Positions 33,597 through 37,614 of a DNA stretch of 37,614 nucleotides are shown here, piece after piece (positions within the stretch are counted from its first letter, which is position 1; each line of letters begins with the position of its first letter). The translations under genes were made by a program, and so were the position numbers. The stretch comes from Caecitellus pseudoparvulus. Taxonomy: Eukaryota > Protista > Bigyra: Bicosoecida. The stretch spans positions 1 through 37,614 of the forward strand of contig CBFFRQ010000119.1 in assembly GCA_965644315.1 (NCBI GenBank), written 5' to 3'. The notes under the pieces are model-generated. The model ran no database searches, was not told the origin of the DNA, and saw only the letters and a program-made list of their open reading frames with translations.

Positions 33597-33827
33597 CTAG
33601 GTCAGGCGTGATAAGCAACTGTTGCCTCAGCAGAGCACACCGCCACCGCCCCCCTCCTGAAAGCACCGGCCTGCGCAAGGCGGCCCTTATCCGGCTTGAA
33701 ACTCATCGTATCTCTGGCACACGTTTTGCTGGGGCATTGTCCGCACATAGAGCCTAATTCACACGATTTGATTGCAAGGCACGGTGGCCCGCTCCCAGCT
33801 TGGCGCAAGCCCACACCACGGCAGGGT

Positions 33828-36800
33828 TTACTTCTTGCCTCGCTTTGGTCTGGATGATGCTGCGGTGGTCCGATCAGCTTCGCGGGTGGCCGCCTCCTCT
33901 TCTGCCATGGCAAGCCTTTCAGCCGCGGCCGCCGCTGCTGCTGCCTGGAGCGCTAGGAGTTCAGGCCTGGCACGGACAGCCGTGCTGCTCACCCACCCAT
34001 ACAAGTCCAGCAAGATCTTGTGCAGGGTCGCTGTGCTGGGACCAGGCAGCGCAGCGGAGTCTTGGGCGTCTTGCGCTACGGCCTGGGCTTCAGCGGCAGA
34101 CATGAGAGCTGTGCGTCTCACGCGTGGAAGGGGCCCCAGGCCTTCCACGGGAGAGTCTCCGTGTGGGGCTTCTTCGCCCTCTTCCTGCGGAAGCTGGGAA
34201 GGCAAGCGGTCAAGAAGGTTCGCTCGGCGGCGCCACAGGCCCAGCAGGCGGCCGAAATTGATCTGTCCCCGAACATCGGACATGGCTTGAAACAGCACGC
34301 CACGCATGATGTCATCACCGTCCTTGACTGAGGCAGCGACATCCCTGTCGGCAAGAGCTGTGTAAAGCGCGACCTCCTCATCGGCCTGTCCCCGAAGTAT
34401 CTGTGCGCGGGCAGCCATGTCAGACACGTACAGCGAAAGCTGAGAGCCGTGCTGTGCCGACACGTTGTGCCAGCCCACCTGCAGCCCAGTTTCACTGCGT
34501 GCAAGTGTTCTTGAAGCAGAAACAGCGGCTAGGTGCTGCTCAACCTCCGCCTCTGCTCGGCTTGCCAGGCCTGCTGCATCGCCGCCTCGAGCCGCGGCCG
34601 CTGCGGCTGCATCCGCCAATGCAACAGGCGTAGGCTTCGCGTGGAGTCCCATGCCTTGGAACCACAACCGCACACCTTCACTCCCAGCCGCAACATGGGG
34701 CAACAGCGCCGACGTTTCCGACTGAGCGGAAGTCAGGGGATCACGCCACTCGCGATTCGCTGTGAGAGTCATGGGAGGCGGGGGGGGCTCCTCACTTGCA
34801 CCACCCCGTTTGCCCTTGCCCTTCCTGCGGCTTCGCGGGGTGCCTGCTTCCTGTGCCGGCTCTGGCTGAATCTCAGGCGATGCGGCCTCGGGACTCAGCT
34901 CAGGAGCCACAGCTTGGATCACACCTGCTGGGAGGGCGGGGTGAACATCTTCGTGCGTCACTACGCTAAGCTCCGTGCCAGCGCCAGCGTTGGGGGGCGC
35001 TGCAACTCCTTCTGATGCTGCCGAGGTAGTGCCAGGCGACGCTGCTGCTGCATCTGACGCCGCTTGCAGCGCTAAATGCAGAGCATCCAGGTCATCATGG
35101 TCAGGCCATGCGGCGATGCCCCAGCCCTTGCCAACAGTGGTGGCGAAGGCTCTGATGTCTGGAACGGCGAAGTCTCGCCCTCCCTGGACCTCGGGCGCCC
35201 ATAAATCGCGGCTTTCAACATCTTCAATGTCACTGGGCGCTGCTGGGTTATCTGCAAAAGCCTTGGACGTCGGTGAAGGGCCTGTCACGCACATCCACGT
35301 CATGAATGCTCGCCAGTCGACAAGGCGGGAAAAGTTCACAGGAGGGTGAAGGGTTGCCATGGCAGCGGCAGCAGCACTCGCGCGGGCTGCTTCCAAGCGC
35401 TGCTGTGGTGATAGGCTTGTAGCCGAGTCTGCACCCCTGTTGTGACTGCAATCTGCAGGACTTTCTGCGTAGGTGCTCGTTTCCGTCGACGCGAAATTTG
35501 CCCCGGCAGCAGCAGCAGCCGCAGCTGGAGCGGCTGCAAGCTCTGGCACAGGGCTCTCAACTGCAGGAGCACTCTGGCCCTCAACAAAGGCGACGTCCCA
35601 GTCGATCCAAACAGCTCCTGGCGCCGAAACGGGCACTGGCTTAACTTCATGCACAATGCCTGAAGTTGTCACGTCGCCAGCGATGGGTGGCCACACACCC
35701 TGAGCAAACTGCTCCTGCACAACACTGGCAGGGGTGGACAGCTCAGCGGGCGGAGACGGCGGCTCTCCGGCTTTGCCCTCCGGCACGTCATCATGCCCTG
35801 AGACATCACTGCTGCCCTCCACACTGGGGCCATCCAGGTAAGCCTGCAGCGCTTGATGTAAAGCGAGTTGCAGGTCTCGCCGAGGTGCCGTGGTAGGACA
35901 GGCGGCCGGCAGCGCCAGGACACTGGTATCACCCCAGGTGTGCACAAGAGCCTCCCACTCTTCGGCATCCATGGCGAGAGGCGCTTGCCTGTGAAGCAGG
36001 GGGTGGTGCAGAACAACCTTGGTCCTGGGTCGAATGCCGGCAGGCTCCTCCCAGGGCCAGTCTGCAGGGCCGGGGCACAGTCTGGAGAAGCGTTGGAGAG
36101 TACTTTCCCCGGCATCAGCCTCGTCGCTTGCCTTGCCTTCTCCTGCTGCATCTCCTGCTTGCTCGCTTGCACCGGTGCCCAGGGACGTTTTGCTGGTGTC
36201 GTGAATCATGCCAGCGTCTTAGGCAGAGACATCCTCCACAGGGAGCACTGAAGAGGCCTGAGCGGTGGAGTCTGCTGCAAGACCGCCACTCTCTGCCCCA
36301 GCGCCCAGTACTGTGCATGCCAGGAATGACAGCAGAGAGCCTTGAGTGGGTAGAAGTGCAGACAGTTGCTGAGCATCCAGTGGGGAGCCAGCGACACACC
36401 GGCGGCTGGGGCCGTGACTTGCCTCCGTGTCCATCACTGATCCCGCATCGTCTGCACTGTACACGCTTGAGCCGGAGGGCATCCGGCGGAGGGACAGTGG
36501 GGTGGCCCCTGAAGCCTCGTCGCCCCCTTCGCCGGCGTCTGTGGCAGCATCTGATGGGAGGGGGCCCAGGCCGTCTTCATCCTCCCCGTCTTCTGCCGCC
36601 TGGCGCCCACTGGTGCTGGCCTTGCGCATGGCCACCACTTCAGCGATGGTGATGCCCAGCCGTTCAGCCTCCTCTGCATCGGCCTTCGCCTATGCTTCGC
36701 GCTCCTCCTTCACCAAGCGCTCCACTTCTTTCGCTTGCCACTTCGCGTACTGGATGCGGGCTTGCACGCTGGACTCAGGCTCCACCTCCACGTGCACGCT

Positions 36801-37215
36801 CCAGGACCCAAGGTCGTCCAGGGATGTGGCAAAGCAGAGTCCAAGCTCTGCCAGCGCTTGCTCAGGAGTCACGTCCCACCCTCACTCGTGACAGGGGCGC
36901 CAGCACCGTCCGCAGCTCGTACAGCACACGCTGGGCGATGCCAGGCTTGCGCAGCATGAGCTGCTGGGCAACACGAGCATCGAACTTGATGCCCAGTCGT
37001 CGGAAGACTGGAAAGAGTTGGCAGTAGTTCTGAATCTTGGAGTCGCTCTTACCGTCCTGCACACACTGACCGAACTCTGCTGGCGTCATTTGGTTGGTGT
37101 TGTGCAGCACCAAAGCTAAGGCGTAGCCATTGCTGAAGTGCTCTGCCAGATCATCCACAGGGTTCGGCAGCTTCACCTCGTCTTGCAGCCAGTGCAGGAG
37201 GATGTACGTGGCACC
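33828..37215 (-). pseudogene. SPEF2: SPEF2 (sperm flagellar 2 / CPC1-like) pseudogene: N-terminal CH domain joined out of frame to the C-terminal part, with two in-frame stops
   Basis: CH domain ILLHWLQDEVKL...FSNGYALALVLH...SKIQNYCQLFPVFRRLGIKFD...KPGIAQRVLYEL and C-terminal motifs LVDWRAFM and VRLWF. Frame break at about 36880, TAG at 36690-36692, TAA at 36219-36221, no ATG ahead of the CH domain, and no adenylate-kinase P-loop region seen. Confidence 0.75.
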
Positions 37216-37303
37216 TGCCTGCTCAGGTGGCGCTTGCCAGCTGCTCTGCGGATCGGGCTGGGGGACAGCTCCGCGCGACCTTGAGTCGACTCCGCCCCAA
37301 CGC

Positions 37304-37614
37304 TGCACCCGAGCACTGTGAGGGAAGGCGATGTGGTCTCGCGTGCATTGAAAGGGTCAGAACAGTCCCTGAAGGACCACAGTATCTGCCAGTTCATGAT
37401 TTGTTGAGCCAGATGGGTGGCAGATTGTGTGAGGGGACTCGTGAGGGAGTCAATGGTGATTCTCTTCTTCAGATCACCGAACCAGTCAGCATGAGTCCAG
37501 CACTGGGCGACTGGACCGCGTGCTTGCCCTCCCCCCATGACTGGAAAAGCCTTCCTGCAGCGTACCAGGTCACGGGCCTGTATCGCGCAGTCAGCGGATG
37601 GGCGGGGTCCCAGC
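37304..37614. repeat. Dispersed repeat R, copy 3 (runs off the window end)
   Basis: Colinear with 27123-27428. The last ~65 nt are identical to 27364-27428. Confidence 0.9.

Noticed and set aside
27120-33800. Classical DNA transposon, LTR element or Helitron
   Set aside because: No terminal inverted repeats, target-site duplications, or DDE, RT or Rep-helicase motifs found by eye. Mobility remains only a hypothesis.
36219-36692. Alternative genetic code (TAA/TAG read as Gln) suggested by two in-frame stops in SPEF2
   Set aside because: The Gln-rich 1679-aa and 2839-aa ORFs contain no in-frame TAA/TAG, and TMTC and PRP31 end at TAG in the expected positions. Pseudogenisation is simpler.
1-37614. 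CRISPR arrays, rRNA, tRNA or prokaryotic operons
   Set aside because: No regularly spaced repeat-spacer pattern or recognisable structural RNA was seen, and the genes are eukaryotic with spliceosomal introns.

Overview
Gene-dense, GC-rich eukaryotic nuclear DNA, not prokaryotic. Nine short GT-AG introns (68-83 nt) restore reading frames exactly, and PRP31, MCU, ERG24 and several ciliary/centriolar genes point to a flagellated protist. A stramenopile is a plausible guess, but I cannot establish it from this window. Positions 1-27.1 kb are a compact housekeeping block: TMTC-type O-mannosyltransferase, a large hypothetical protein, CFAP96/C4orf47-like, RRM-RGG protein, DUF4336 protein, giant LRR/coiled-coil protein with Sfi1-like repeats, ERG24, MCU and PRP31. 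A few frameshifts sit in homopolymers or dinucleotide runs and look like assembly errors. From about 27.1 kb the window becomes an accessory island. It holds two tandem intronless copies of a P-loop (STAND-like) NTPase gene, each with shared non-coding 3' and 5' flanks. The intact copy ends in an Mrr-type PD-(D/E)xK restriction-endonuclease domain. The other copy has lost the nuclease through a Trp->stop change and a deletion, yet its NTPase core is nearly identical to the intact copy. An internally deleted SPEF2 pseudogene and a third copy of the flank repeat follow at the window edge. The NTPase-Mrr cassette family is the best candidate for an undescribed system. Family assignments rest on motif recognition by eye; no database search was run.
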